From positions 79,633 through 143,632 of the forward strand of contig CAIRHC010000006.1 of assembly GCA_903878275.1 (NCBI GenBank): 64,000 nt of DNA, in the 5' to 3' direction. Below, in pieces: positions 18,860 to 28,781 of the stretch. The notes beneath the pieces were generated by a model. That model saw only the letters and a list, made by a program, of their open reading frames with translations. It did no database searches and was not told where the DNA came from. A program made the translations under genes and the position numbers. Position 1 is the first letter of the stretch. Each line of letters begins with the position of its first letter. This DNA comes from Candidatus Vogelbacteria bacterium (GTDB lineage: Bacteria > Patescibacteriota > Minisyncoccia > Phycocordibacterales > XYD1-FULL-46-19).

Positions 18860-19339
18860 TTATCTGGTGACAGAGATCGTGGCTCCGGATTGTTCATAGG
18901 TTGGAGCACAGACTGTCACTCGATTATTTGCACTCTTTGTAATGAAATAGCCGGTGCCATCGGTCGTGACAGCGGTCGGATCATTAGGTAGACTCGTCAG
19001 ATACTTTTCGTTTGTGGTTAGGTTAGTTGCTAGATTCACGCCAGTACTGCACGTTCCTGTCTGGGTAGTTTTACAAATTTGAGCAGCCGCCGTCGTCGAA
19101 GAACAAGTACCAACAGTAGTAATCGTTGTCGGCAACACACCATTATTGTCAATTGTATATTGGTAAACAGCATTTAAGATTGTATTAACATCAGCACGAC
19201 GTTGAGCGTCACGAGTTGAACCAAGTTGCTTATTTGGGTTAATTGCTAAAATAACGATACCGGCTAAGATGGCGATGGCGGCGACGACTAAAAGGATTTC
19301 AATAAGAGTAAATCCTTTATTTTTTGAACTATGAATCAT
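18860..19339 (-). CDS. Type IV pilin paralog 3 (prepilin N-terminus)
   Basis: [35 protein letters not shown]...: class III signal peptide with G/F cleavage site and Glu+5. Confidence 0.75.
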   Translation of the reverse strand: MIHSSKNKGFTLIEILLVVAAIAILAGIVILAINPNKQLGSTRDAQRRADVNTILNAVYQYTIDNNGVLPTTITTVGTCSSTTAAAQICKTTQTGTCSTGVNLATNLTTNEKYLTSLPNDPTAVTTDGTGYFITKSANNRVTVCAPTYEQSGATISVTR

Positions 19340-19374
19340 AAATTATGAATTAACGTTAATAATAATTAAATTTA

Positions 19375-19815
19375 TTATCTAGTAACGCTAATGGTAGCCC
19401 CCTGCTCGGTACTACTAGCAGCCACGGTCACGCGGTTATTAGCTGATTTCGAAATTTTATAATATGTATCATTTGCAGTGGAACTCTGTGGATCATAAGG
19501 AATCGAGGTCAAATACTTTTCATTTGTAGTAAGAACAATTAAATCAATTAAATTAGTGCAGGTACCGCCAGTTTTACAAACACCGGTTGGAGTGGTGGTA
19601 ATAGAAGCTGGTAAGGAACCATTATCAATAGAATACTGATAAACCGCATTCAAAATCGTATTAACATCGGCTCGACGTTGAGCGTTGCGGGTATCTCCCA
19701 ATTGCTTGCTTGGGTTAATGGCTAAAATAACAATGCCCGCCAAGATGGCGATAGCGGCGACAACTAAAAGAATTTCGATCAAAGTAAATCCTTTATTTTT
19801 TGAATTGTGAATCAT
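19375..19815 (-). CDS. Type IV pilin paralog 2
   Basis: Same N-terminal 75 aa as its neighbours, with a divergent C-terminal domain. Confidence 0.75.
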   Translation of the reverse strand: MIHNSKNKGFTLIEILLVVAAIAILAGIVILAINPSKQLGDTRNAQRRADVNTILNAVYQYSIDNGSLPASITTTPTGVCKTGGTCTNLIDLIVLTTNEKYLTSIPYDPQSSTANDTYYKISKSANNRVTVAASSTEQGATISVTR

Positions 19816-19864
19816 AAATTATGAATTAAAATTAATAATATTTTTAATAAATAGATAAAATTTA

Positions 19865-20305
19865 TTACCTCGTCACCCGAATCGTGGCGTTATCTTCAGC
19901 CCCTGGAGCTGAAACAGTCACGCGATTATCAGCAGTCCTGTAGATAAAATAATCAGTACCGCCAGAAGAAGCACTTTGTGGATCAAGCGGAATCGAAACT
20001 AGATATTTAGAATTGGTCGTCAATACATCCAAACTTATACCGGAACAACTAGTATTCATCTGACAAATTTCATTTGAGGAAGTAGTAATACTCGATGGCA
20101 AGGTGCCGTTATTATCTAGCGCGTATTGATAAACGGCATCAAGAATTGTCCGGACATCAGCCGAACGTTGAGCATTGCGCGTGTCACCAAGTTGCTTATT
20201 TGGGTTAATAGCTAAAATAACAATGCCGGCTAAAATAGCGATAGCGGCGACAACTAAAAGGATTTCAATCAAAGTAAATCCTTTGTTTTTTGAATTATGA
20301 GTCAT
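19865..20305 (-). CDS. Type IV pilin paralog 1
   Basis: Prepilin leader plus conserved hydrophobic helix; C-terminus ...NRVTVSAPGAEDNATIRVTR. Confidence 0.75.
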   Translation of the reverse strand: MTHNSKNKGFTLIEILLVVAAIAILAGIVILAINPNKQLGDTRNAQRSADVRTILDAVYQYALDNNGTLPSSITTSSNEICQMNTSCSGISLDVLTTNSKYLVSIPLDPQSASSGGTDYFIYRTADNRVTVSAPGAEDNATIRVTR

Positions 20306-20376
20306 GAATTATGAGTTATGAATTAATGTTAATAATAATTAATAGCTGGTTTGAATTATACCATAGGGCGATAAGA

Positions 20377-20817
20377 TTATGGAATCTCCTGCCAGGAACT
20401 TATCCCCAGGTGCGGAATTATCGCATTTACAGTAATTGAAACCTTGCGAATAATACTGCCGACCGTGCCAGACGTGACCACCGTGCTATTTTGACCACCC
20501 TGATTTGTTACGGTGTACGAGCAAGACCCTTGACCAAGGGTTAAATTACCCGCACCTGTATAAGGAGTAGAAGAAGCTTCCGGCATCGATTCCACTAGCA
20601 AGCGTAGAGATTCTTCGGCACAAGAATTTGCTAAAGAGCCGGCTTGATAAGATTGTTCTGTCGCCAGACCAGTGCGAGAGGCACCGAGACCAAGCAAAAG
20701 CAAAGAAACAGAAATTGATAATCCAACCGCAGCTAAAATCAAAACACTAAGAAGAGTTAAAAAACCTTTTTGATTAGAATTATGAATTTTGAATTTTGAA
20801 TTATGTATTCTGGTCAT
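20377..20817 (-). CDS. Minor pilin-like protein (no Glu+5)
   Basis: The N-terminus contains a tandemly repeated leader remnant (IHNSKFKIHNSNQKGF) then a hydrophobic helix. Confidence 0.5.
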   Translation of the reverse strand: MTRIHNSKFKIHNSNQKGFLTLLSVLILAAVGLSISVSLLLLGLGASRTGLATEQSYQAGSLANSCAEESLRLLVESMPEASSTPYTGAGNLTLGQGSCSYTVTNQGGQNSTVVTSGTVGSIIRKVSITVNAIIPHLGISSWQEIP

Positions 20818-21203
20818 ATATCGCGAATTATAGACTTTGTTTTTTTAATTAAACCGTTTACTAGCTTGCTAACGATAATTGTGGATTCCGAAATTTCACC
20901 AAATTCTTTTTCCGAAATAAAATTAACATCTTTTGATATTAACAATTGGTTCTGAACTTCAGTCAAAGACCCCAACGACATATGATAAAATTGTAATTTT
21001 TCTTTATATGAATTTCGGCTAAAACCTTCAGCTAAATTAGAGGTGATGGAAACAGACGCTCTACGTAGTTGATTTGATAAACCAAACTGCTCTGATTGGG
21101 GAAAATTTTTAGTCATTTTATAAATAGAAACAACAAGTTTGTGACCCTCTTTCCAAGCATTTAAATCTGCGAATGATTTTATTTTTTTATTTTCCGATTC
21201 CAT
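20814..21203 (-). CDS. Four-helix-bundle protein (TIGR02436 / '23S rRNA intervening-sequence protein' family)
   Basis: Characteristic ...AWKEGHKLVVSIYKMTKNFP..E.FGLSNQLRRASVSITSNLAEGFSR... Confidence 0.7.
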   Translation of the reverse strand: MESENKKIKSFADLNAWKEGHKLVVSIYKMTKNFPQSEQFGLSNQLRRASVSITSNLAEGFSRNSYKEKLQFYHMSLGSLTEVQNQLLISKDVNFISEKEFGEISESTIIVSKLVNGLIKKTKSIIRDI

Positions 21204-21227
21204 ACTTCATTATTCATAATTCATAAT

Positions 21228-24002
21228 TCATCTCCTTCTAAGACTCGCCGAACCATAAAAAGTTTTGGAATAATTATATTCGTGTCGACCAAGCGCTCCG
21301 ACCGTGAATGAGGCGACGTTGGAAATTTCTCCCGTTGTCGGGTTGTTGACAATAATGCTATATGTCCCGGCGGTCACCATGTCAGTCGCGGGAATAACCA
21401 CAGTCAGTTGCGTTGAATTCACAAAAGTTGTCGTGCGAGCGGAGCTATTGAAATTGACTTGGGAATTAGAAACAAAATTTGTGCCGTTGATGGTCATTGT
21501 AAATTGTGAAGCGCCGACTGGCTGTGATGCCGGAGAAATACTAGTGATACTTGGTATCGTGTTGTGGACCGTAAAAATTTGCGAGTTGGAATCACCACCA
21601 CTCGGTGCAGGATTTGTCACGACAACCAGATAAGTCCCAGCCGCCAAAAGATCAGATGCTAAAATGGAAGCAGTGAGCTGGGTTGAGCTGATAAAAGCGG
21701 TGGTACGCGCGGAGCCGTTAAATTTAACTACCGCGCCTGACAAAAAATTTGTACCCATCACGGTCATCGTAAAAGCCGAATCCCCGATCATTTTGGTATT
21801 TGGTGAAATATAGGTCGTTGTCGGTGTCGGATTATTCACTGAAAAAGTTTGTGAATTTGAGGTACCACCACCAGGAGTCGGATTAAAAACAGTAATACTA
21901 GAGGTGCCAGTAACAAGCAAATCCGACGCTGGAATAGAAGCGGTAAGCTGTGTCGCTGAAACAAAAGTTGTCGTGCGAGCGGAGCCGTTAAAATTTACAA
22001 CGGAGCCAGCAATAAAATTTGTGCCATTTACAGTAAGAGTAAAAGTCGCATCGCCGACAATTTTCGAGCTTGGCGAAATACTGGTGGTGGTCGGCACAGG
22101 ATTATTAGCCACATTTACAGTAAAAACTTGCGCGTTTGAAGTGCCACCACCCGGTGCCGGGTTAAATACAGTAATACTAGAAGTGCCAGCGGTAATTAGA
22201 TCAGAAGTAAGAATAGCCACCGTAAGTTGAGTTGAAGAAGCATAAGTGGTCACACGAGCCGAGCCGTTAAAATTTACAGTCGAAGAAGCAATAAAATTTG
22301 TACCTACTACCGTCATAGTAAAACCAGCATCTCCAGCCGTTTTCGAGCTTGGCGAAATACTGGTAGTCGTGGGAACAAGGTTGCCACCCGTTGTGACAGT
22401 CACGATACCGGTCGTCAAAGCAAAATATGTATTATTTTTATTCGTAGCCGCCGAAGCCGTAGAGCCCCAAGTCCCGGCAACTTGATCGACTCCACCTAGA
22501 TGCAAGCTACCAGCACTGATATTCAAACCAGCACCAATACTTGCCGTGGCACTACCGGTCGGGGCAATACTCAAATCTCCAGCAATTGATGTCCCGGTCG
22601 TAATTGATTTAGGATTAGAACCAGAAAGGATAAGGTTGTAATAAGCCACCGCGGCAATTGTTTGAGCGCTAGAAGATGTCCAGTTTACCGTGCCATTATT
22701 TCCAGTGAACGCGCCACCAGTACCACTAAACCCAGCACCAAGATTTAAAGTACTTGATCCACCATTAAGAGTGCCATTGGTCCTTGTCCAAGTTCCAGTA
22801 AAAGTATGGGTCAGACCTGTCCCTAAATTTAATGTCCCGCCATTACCATTCATAGTTAAAGCTCCACCGTTTACATTACCCATAAGTGTGGCGGTGCCAG
22901 CTGTCTTGGTCATTGAGACGGTACCGGTCGTCGTAAAGCCGTCTATGCTTTGCGTGGTTGCCGTACCCGCAATAACAATCGGCGAAGCGCCAGCCGTAAA
23001 AGTGCCGCCATTATTATGAAAATCTCCACCAAAAGTTAAAGAAAAACCATTAGTAATTAACGTCGCCCCGCTATTGATAGTCAGCGGGTCAGACACATCC
23101 AAAACTTCCGCACCGTTCATCGTAATAGCGCCAGTGTTAGCAATAACAATTCCCCCAGACCCACTAAACGTAGTCACCCATTCAGCGCCAGCGGTAAATG
23201 GAGCAGGTTTGTTGTATTGCAAAGTAGATGATGCTCCGTAAGTTGGCGTACCCAAAGTTGTCGCAGTACCCTCCATCGACAAAATGCCATTAACAGTGGC
23301 GTTGGTCGTAGTCTTCGCACCAGAACCGGTCAAAGTTACATTGTTGAAAGTATAAGTGAACGGCGAGATTGATTGTGCCCCAGCTCCATCATAAATAATT
23401 GTCCCCGTCGAAGGCGTAAAAGTACCTTTGGTTCCACTCATAAAAGTTCCAGCGGTTGTCAAAGTTCCAGCCCCAGAAAAAATTAATTGCGAGTCGACAC
23501 CTGCAGTTGAAAAAGTCGCGCCGGAAATATGAACAGCTCCGGTTGAAATATTTATAGTAGTAAGACGAGAATTACCCGTTGTTCCGCCAAGAACAAGTGT
23601 CCCGGTATTAAAAGTTCCCGCTCCGACGTTGATAGTTTTTGTACCACCATTATTTGGACGAGATAAGGTTGTGGCGCCACTTATCGTCAAAGAATTTGTC
23701 CCGCTTATCGTTATCGCCGTCGGCGTGTTTACTGTCCCAGCCCAAGTCAAAGAAGTACAGACGGCCGACATATCAACAGTGACATTTATTCCATTATTAA
23801 TAGTACAAGTATCACCAGCCACCGGCACCGCCGAACCACCCCAAGTTGCCGTACTACTCCAATTGCCTGATACCGAAGCCGTCCTGGCTGCGGCTTCAAC
23901 CTTTGAAATATTACCAAAAAAAATAGTAGCAAAAACAACCAAAAAGAAAACGCTGGCTTTTAAAAATTTAAATTTTTTATTTTCAGAAAAATAATTTTTC
24001 AT
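21228..24002 (-). CDS. Large secreted Thr/Gly/Ser-rich surface protein with four C-terminal IPT/TIG-like repeats (putative pilus-associated adhesin)
   Basis: Signal peptide, beta-helix-like G/T/S/N-rich N-terminal two-thirds, then four ~92-aa repeats (PTTTSISPSSK...GTNF...NFNGSAR...TQLT...FNP.PGGG.SN.Q.FTV). Confidence 0.6.
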   Translation of the reverse strand: MKNYFSENKKFKFLKASVFFLVVFATIFFGNISKVEAAARTASVSGNWSSTATWGGSAVPVAGDTCTINNGINVTVDMSAVCTSLTWAGTVNTPTAITISGTNSLTISGATTLSRPNNGGTKTINVGAGTFNTGTLVLGGTTGNSRLTTINISTGAVHISGATFSTAGVDSQLIFSGAGTLTTAGTFMSGTKGTFTPSTGTIIYDGAGAQSISPFTYTFNNVTLTGSGAKTTTNATVNGILSMEGTATTLGTPTYGASSTLQYNKPAPFTAGAEWVTTFSGSGGIVIANTGAITMNGAEVLDVSDPLTINSGATLITNGFSLTFGGDFHNNGGTFTAGASPIVIAGTATTQSIDGFTTTGTVSMTKTAGTATLMGNVNGGALTMNGNGGTLNLGTGLTHTFTGTWTRTNGTLNGGSSTLNLGAGFSGTGGAFTGNNGTVNWTSSSAQTIAAVAYYNLILSGSNPKSITTGTSIAGDLSIAPTGSATASIGAGLNISAGSLHLGGVDQVAGTWGSTASAATNKNNTYFALTTGIVTVTTGGNLVPTTTSISPSSKTAGDAGFTMTVVGTNFIASSTVNFNGSARVTTYASSTQLTVAILTSDLITAGTSSITVFNPAPGGGTSNAQVFTVNVANNPVPTTTSISPSSKIVGDATFTLTVNGTNFIAGSVVNFNGSARTTTFVSATQLTASIPASDLLVTGTSSITVFNPTPGGGTSNSQTFSVNNPTPTTTYISPNTKMIGDSAFTMTVMGTNFLSGAVVKFNGSARTTAFISSTQLTASILASDLLAAGTYLVVVTNPAPSGGDSNSQIFTVHNTIPSITSISPASQPVGASQFTMTINGTNFVSNSQVNFNSSARTTTFVNSTQLTVVIPATDMVTAGTYSIIVNNPTTGEISNVASFTVGALGRHEYNYSKTFYGSASLRRR
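21290..22340 (-). repeat. Four tandem ~280-bp coding repeats (IPT/TIG-like modules) within the adhesin gene
   Basis: Repeated nucleotide blocks are visible, e.g. gtgccgttgatggtcattgtaaa / gtgccatttacagtaagagtaaaagtcg / gtacctactaccgtcatagtaaaacc. Confidence 0.6.
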
Positions 24003-24003
24003 C

Positions 24004-24471
24004 TTAATGAATATGCGTTACCGTATATGAAATATCAATATTGCCCGGGGTGTTCGGGCGACTTAAATTACGGAAAATTAAATTGGAGATAATCACGCGA
24101 TTTGAAGTCAGTGCCACCGGTGCATTAGCCCCTTCGGTCATTCTAATTGTACCACTAGCGGAATCAAAAATCGTCGGGTTGTTGGTCGGGTTTTCGGTAG
24201 TCAGAGAAAGTATTGATGATTCCGTACTCGTCGCCGGAGAATTTATCGCAACCGCATTTCTGATTGTTTGAGTCATCAAGACCATTGCCTGATCCCCTTC
24301 TTGATCAACCGTCGCCACCGTTTGGTTTTTAACTCGTGATTCGAGAAGGGTGATAAAAAAAAGTGAAATCACCAGCAGAACAATGGCACTCAAACTGATG
24401 TACAGTAACAACTCGATTAGCGTGAAGCCCCGAGTGGTAGAAAAAATATTTTTTTTTGAATTATTAATCAT
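24004..24471 (-). CDS. Pseudopilin / minor pilin (prepilin-type N-terminus)
   Basis: ...TTRGFTLIELLLYISLSAIVLLVISLF... Confidence 0.55.
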   Translation of the reverse strand: MINNSKKNIFSTTRGFTLIELLLYISLSAIVLLVISLFFITLLESRVKNQTVATVDQEGDQAMVLMTQTIRNAVAINSPATSTESSILSLTTENPTNNPTIFDSASGTIRMTEGANAPVALTSNRVIISNLIFRNLSRPNTPGNIDISYTVTHIH

Positions 24472-24480
24472 AAATTAAAA

Positions 24481-24948
24481 TTATTGTCGCCAATTGGTTA
24501 GACGCTCGGTTAACGTAATTGTACCAGAACGTTGAGCAGTTTCTTGCCAAGTGACATTTGAAGTAATTATTTTCCGCGTCGAACTAGCATCGATGGTTGA
24601 AATATTTATCTGACGAACAAAACCATCGGTTGTATCAGAACTACCAGAAAAAATCCATTGATAATTTGAAACAGCCAAACCATAGGTACCGTCAGCCAGA
24701 TTTGAAAATGATTCATCGCGAATATTTCTCACCGCCTCAATTCCCTCTTCTGCTAAAAATGCCGCTCGCGCTCTACCACCAGCAACGACCGTACTCTCTT
24801 GACCATAAATAACAGCACCGACAAAAGCCGTAACAATTACTACCAACAAAGACCCCGCCAATAAAATTTCGACAACAGAAAAGCCTCGGCTAGGGGGTAG
24901 GTTGTAGCGAGTAGGTTGTAGAAAAAGATTAAGAAACTTTAAGTTCAT
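24481..24948 (-). CDS. Pseudopilin-like protein
   Basis: ...PSRGFSVVEILLAGSLLVVIVTAFVGAV... Confidence 0.5.
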   Translation of the reverse strand: MNLKFLNLFLQPTRYNLPPSRGFSVVEILLAGSLLVVIVTAFVGAVIYGQESTVVAGGRARAAFLAEEGIEAVRNIRDESFSNLADGTYGLAVSNYQWIFSGSSDTTDGFVRQINISTIDASSTRKIITSNVTWQETAQRSGTITLTERLTNWRQ

Positions 24949-25291
24949 GTGTAAATTTATTTAACATCCGCATCACTTCGCTAAGTAGTGAATCAGCTAA
25001 ATTATAATCTTTTGTATCACCATAAGAAAGTCTTTTAGCTATTTTAATTTGAGTTTCTAGTTCTGCACCCGAACCATAAGCTATAAATAAAAAATTTCTA
25101 AAATCTTTCCTCGAGCTTCTTCTGTGTCCTTCGGAAATATTAGATGGGATAGAAACAGCCGAGCGACGCATCTGCGAAGTTAAACCATAGACCTCCTCTT
25201 TTGGAAATTTACTTGTTAATTTATAAATATTGACAACCAAATCCATTGATTTCTGCCAAACAATTAAATTTTCGTAAGATTCTATTTTCAT
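24929..25291 (-). CDS. Four-helix-bundle protein (TIGR02436 family), second copy
   Basis: MKIESYENLIVWQKSMDLVVNIYKLTSKFPKEEVYGLTSQMRRSAVSIPSNISEG... Confidence 0.7.
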   Translation of the reverse strand: MKIESYENLIVWQKSMDLVVNIYKLTSKFPKEEVYGLTSQMRRSAVSIPSNISEGHRRSSRKDFRNFLFIAYGSGAELETQIKIAKRLSYGDTKDYNLADSLLSEVMRMLNKFTHELKVS

Positions 25292-25340
25292 TTATTTTGC
25301 TATCCCGCCCTTCTACAACCTACAAACTACTCACTACAAA

Positions 25341-25850
25341 CTAATAAGAAACCGTTCCTCGACTATTTATATTCAGTGTCCGCACCTCGTTTGTAGTCGA
25401 AGTCAGGGTGGTCGTACCAGTTGATTGTGGTAAGCCGGTAAATTTGGCAAACACAATTTCACTCAAACCTGACGGAGTGATTGAGGTTGGAACACTAAAA
25501 ATTTCATCGTAAGCAGAATCGCGACCGGCATAACTAGCGCCCTTAAACACAACTATGCTTCCGCCGACTATCCCCACCCCCCAATTTGTATCGCCATCAT
25601 TGGCTTCAGCTAAAAGTTGGGCTCGGTGCAAAGATTGAGCGATGGTATTTGTCGCGACATCCAAATCATTTTTAACTTGGAACGATTGATAGACCGGCAT
25701 CCCAATTCCCGCGATAAGAGTAATAGAGGCTATCACCAGCAATACTTCCAAAAGAGTAAAACCGTGGTTGGCAGAAAAAATATTTTTTTTCACCACCGGA
25801 CAAGATTTTCTGGTTTGTAGTGAGTAGTTTGTAGGTTGCAGAAAAAACAT
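25341..25850 (-). CDS. Pseudopilin (GspH/FimT-like)
   Basis: ...ANHGFTLLEVLLVIASITLIAGIGMP... Confidence 0.55.
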   Translation of the reverse strand: MFFLQPTNYSLQTRKSCPVVKKNIFSANHGFTLLEVLLVIASITLIAGIGMPVYQSFQVKNDLDVATNTIAQSLHRAQLLAEANDGDTNWGVGIVGGSIVVFKGASYAGRDSAYDEIFSVPTSITPSGLSEIVFAKFTGLPQSTGTTTLTSTTNEVRTLNINSRGTVSY

Positions 25851-25880
25851 ATCATTTTTAGTAATTCAAATAGCCAAAAT

Positions 25881-26975
25881 TTAGTTTGGATTAAGTCCAC
25901 CAATCAAACCATAAATCGGCAAAATAACCGCGAATGCTACCGCCAACACGCCAAACCAGACAATTACCAAAAGGATTGGCTCCAAAATAATAGTTAAATT
26001 TTTGGTCGTGGTATCAGATTTGTTTTCAAAATTTTCACCGATTTTAATCAATGTATCAGATAAACTGCCAGATTTTTCCCCAGTCACAATTAATTGCTGG
26101 ATAGGCATTGGGATAAGTTTGCTTGAATTTTTAAAAGAACTAAAACTTTTTTGAAAAGAATTTCCATCTTCAACCGAAACTAACATATGCCGGTACAATC
26201 GGCGATATTTTACAAAATCGGTCGCATCAGAAAGTGAATCAAGAGCCTGCGTCACCGTGAGCCCTGCCCCGAGCAAAGTCCCGAGTAAATAACCAAAGCG
26301 AGCAATCTCAACTTCTTTCATTAAATCTTTAACGCCCGGTGTGAGAAATAAAATAATTTCGCCGAAGACTTTTGTCTTGGCAAAAAAGAAAATAAAGTAA
26401 ATTAACAATATAACAAAAAGAATAAAGGCTGGAGCAACAAATTGTCCGTATTGTCCAAGAAACGCTCCGACCGCAATAAGAATTTTGGTAATGAGTGGCA
26501 ACTCGATTTTTAATTGACCAAAAACCGTCGCCAGTTTTGGTAAAATAAACCACGCGATACCAACACCGATAATTACCGTGATGCCCATCACAAAAACTGG
26601 ATACATCATCGCTGAACGAAGTTTTGATCGAAAAATTCTTTCTTTTTGATCTTCGACTGACACGACTTTAAGATTTTCCACCAATCGCCCAGAACTTTCA
26701 CCTAGACGAATCAGAGAAATGGTGTAATCTTTAAATAATCCACTTCGTTCCAACGCTTTCCAGATCGCCGAGCCATTTTCAATTTCCTCTTTGACGGTGT
26801 TGATAATTTTCTTCATTCGCTTCGAACGAATTTCACCGCCAATCGCATCTAGTGCGTCCACCACCGGCATTCCCGACGAGACTAGTGTGCTAAGATTTTC
26901 TACAAAATAATCTCGGTCTTTGCTTAAACCAAAATTAGCGAATGGATTTTTTATTTTCTTCTCTTGTTTATCCAT
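25881..26975 (-). CDS. pilC: Type IV pilus / T2SS platform protein (PilC/GspF family)
   Basis: Two T2SSF domains and three TM segments. Confidence 0.8.
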   Translation of the reverse strand: MDKQEKKIKNPFANFGLSKDRDYFVENLSTLVSSGMPVVDALDAIGGEIRSKRMKKIINTVKEEIENGSAIWKALERSGLFKDYTISLIRLGESSGRLVENLKVVSVEDQKERIFRSKLRSAMMYPVFVMGITVIIGVGIAWFILPKLATVFGQLKIELPLITKILIAVGAFLGQYGQFVAPAFILFVILLIYFIFFFAKTKVFGEIILFLTPGVKDLMKEVEIARFGYLLGTLLGAGLTVTQALDSLSDATDFVKYRRLYRHMLVSVEDGNSFQKSFSSFKNSSKLIPMPIQQLIVTGEKSGSLSDTLIKIGENFENKSDTTTKNLTIILEPILLVIVWFGVLAVAFAVILPIYGLIGGLNPN

Positions 26976-26978
26976 AAA

Positions 26979-28760
26979 TTACACCTCCTCTATTTTTTCT
27001 TTTTTCTTGATGGTTTTCTTTTTGGTTGTCGGAAGATCTTTTGTTTCGTCGGCTTTTTTCGCTTCTTCTTTCTTGCTGTTTGCTAAATTAGTTTCTTTTT
27101 CTTCATCAGTAAAAGCTGGCGGTTCTGCCACACGCAACAATTCTTCGATCGTCGTCACACCATTTTTCACTTTCAATACGCCGTCTTCAAATAGTGATGT
27201 CGCACCTTCTTTGCGTGCCAAACGCCATATTTCTCGCGTCGTCGGTTTCTTGGCAATCAATTCTTGCAACGCTGGCGAGACTTGAATAAATTCAAAAATT
27301 GCCGTACGTCCCTTGAAACCAGAGTGACCGCAAATTTCACAACCCTTGCCTTCGTAAAAAGTCATCCCTTTATCAGAAAAATAAGGTAAGGCATTTTTCA
27401 TTTGTGGCGTTTTGAAGTCTGTCGATTTTTTCGTAACACTATGACGACAATTATCACAAATTTTTCGCACTAATCTTTGGGCGACAATAACTTCCAGCGT
27501 TGACGCCAGCAAAAAAGGCTCAACACCCATATCAATCAGACGTGGAATCGAAGTCGCGGCATCGTTGGCGTGAAAAGTAGATAAAAGTAAATGACCAGTC
27601 AAAGCCGCGTTGACCGCAATCTCCGCCGTTTCCATATCACGAATTTCTCCGACTAAAATAATATCTGGGTCTTGTCGCACAATCGAACGCAAACCTTTGG
27701 CAAAAGTGAGATTGGTTTGGAGATTAACTTGAATTTGATTGACTCCCAAAACTTTATATTCTACCGGATCTTCGATCGTCGTAATGTTTGTATCGATACT
27801 ATTTAAAATTTTTAGCAATGAATAAAGCGTGGTCGTTTTGCCCGAACCCGTCGGTCCGGAAACTAAAATCATACCGAATGGTTTTTCCGACGAAACCTTA
27901 ATCAATTCTTGATGAGGTGAAGACAAACCCAGATCTGCTAAGTTTAAACCTTGAATATAGGCGGCGAGCACCCGAAGTACCACTTTTTCACCTTCGACAG
28001 TGGGAGCAATGGACGTACGCATATCGACAGTCACACCATTTTTTTCATAACGAAGAGAACCATCTTGCGCCGAATAATGCTCGTCAATACGCATTCCGCT
28101 TTTTACTTTGATCCGATTTAAAATATTGTCATAATATTCTTTCGGCAAATGACCAGCTTCACGCAACACGCCGTCCACCCGAAACCGAATCAACACATCT
28201 TTTATTTGTGGTTCGAAATGAATGTCGGACGCTTTAAACACCAGTGCATCATCAAAAATTTCTTCCAACAATTCTGGTGCCACTCGCCCTTTAGCTTCAA
28301 TGATTTTTGAAAATCTGGTTTCGAGAGGTTTTTGGTAATGAACAAACAGCTCGGTAATATCTTCGGTCAAAGAATAAGTGATTTTTAGTTTCTTGCCGAC
28401 AAACAAAGCTTGAATCGCGGGCAATAATTCTTTGTTTTCTGGATCATCAGTCGCCACCGTAACGCCTTTTTTGTCTTGCGCAAAAACCACTACGTGAAAT
28501 TTTTTGCCAACCTCTTCGGGAATCAAAAGTACCTGCTCCGCCGGAATCGACGCCGAGTTTATATCTGAATAAGACACCTTAAAAGACTCGGCGATGGCTT
28601 GCCCGAGTAAATCTTTGTTGATTAAGCCCTGACTCAAAAGGTATTCGAGAAAAGTGACGTCATGAGACTTGGCGTACTCTTCTGCTTTTTTGGCATCTTC
28701 TTCGGTAATGTAATTTCCCTTGAGAAGAACAGTTTTTGTATTTTTTGTGTCAAAGATCAT
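26979..28760 (-). CDS. pilB: Type IV pilus assembly ATPase (PilB/GspE family)
   Basis: GSPII_E N-domain, Walker A GPTGSGKTTT, Asp/His boxes, tetracysteine motif CDNC...CEIC; Lys/Glu-rich C-terminal tail. Confidence 0.85.
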   Translation of the reverse strand: MIFDTKNTKTVLLKGNYITEEDAKKAEEYAKSHDVTFLEYLLSQGLINKDLLGQAIAESFKVSYSDINSASIPAEQVLLIPEEVGKKFHVVVFAQDKKGVTVATDDPENKELLPAIQALFVGKKLKITYSLTEDITELFVHYQKPLETRFSKIIEAKGRVAPELLEEIFDDALVFKASDIHFEPQIKDVLIRFRVDGVLREAGHLPKEYYDNILNRIKVKSGMRIDEHYSAQDGSLRYEKNGVTVDMRTSIAPTVEGEKVVLRVLAAYIQGLNLADLGLSSPHQELIKVSSEKPFGMILVSGPTGSGKTTTLYSLLKILNSIDTNITTIEDPVEYKVLGVNQIQVNLQTNLTFAKGLRSIVRQDPDIILVGEIRDMETAEIAVNAALTGHLLLSTFHANDAATSIPRLIDMGVEPFLLASTLEVIVAQRLVRKICDNCRHSVTKKSTDFKTPQMKNALPYFSDKGMTFYEGKGCEICGHSGFKGRTAIFEFIQVSPALQELIAKKPTTREIWRLARKEGATSLFEDGVLKVKNGVTTIEELLRVAEPPAFTDEEKETNLANSKKEEAKKADETKDLPTTKKKTIKKKEKIEEV

Positions 28761-28781
28761 CGATAATATTTTTTGTTAGGT

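Noticed and set aside
18860-20340. Possible CRISPR-like array suggested by about 50-bp near-identical blocks recurring every ~500 bp
   Set aside because: The repeats are the conserved 5' ends and spacers of three paralogous pilin genes. The unit length is far too long and is coding, and no cas genes are present.
21304-23994. Several plus-strand ORFs of 79-121 aa (21304-21633, 21904-22230, 22246-22485, 22690-23019, 23629-23994) inside the adhesin gene
   Set aside because: They are antisense shadow ORFs of a long, repetitive, low-stop-codon minus-strand gene. Their Val/Pro/Ala-rich translations mirror the Thr/Gly codons of the real frame.
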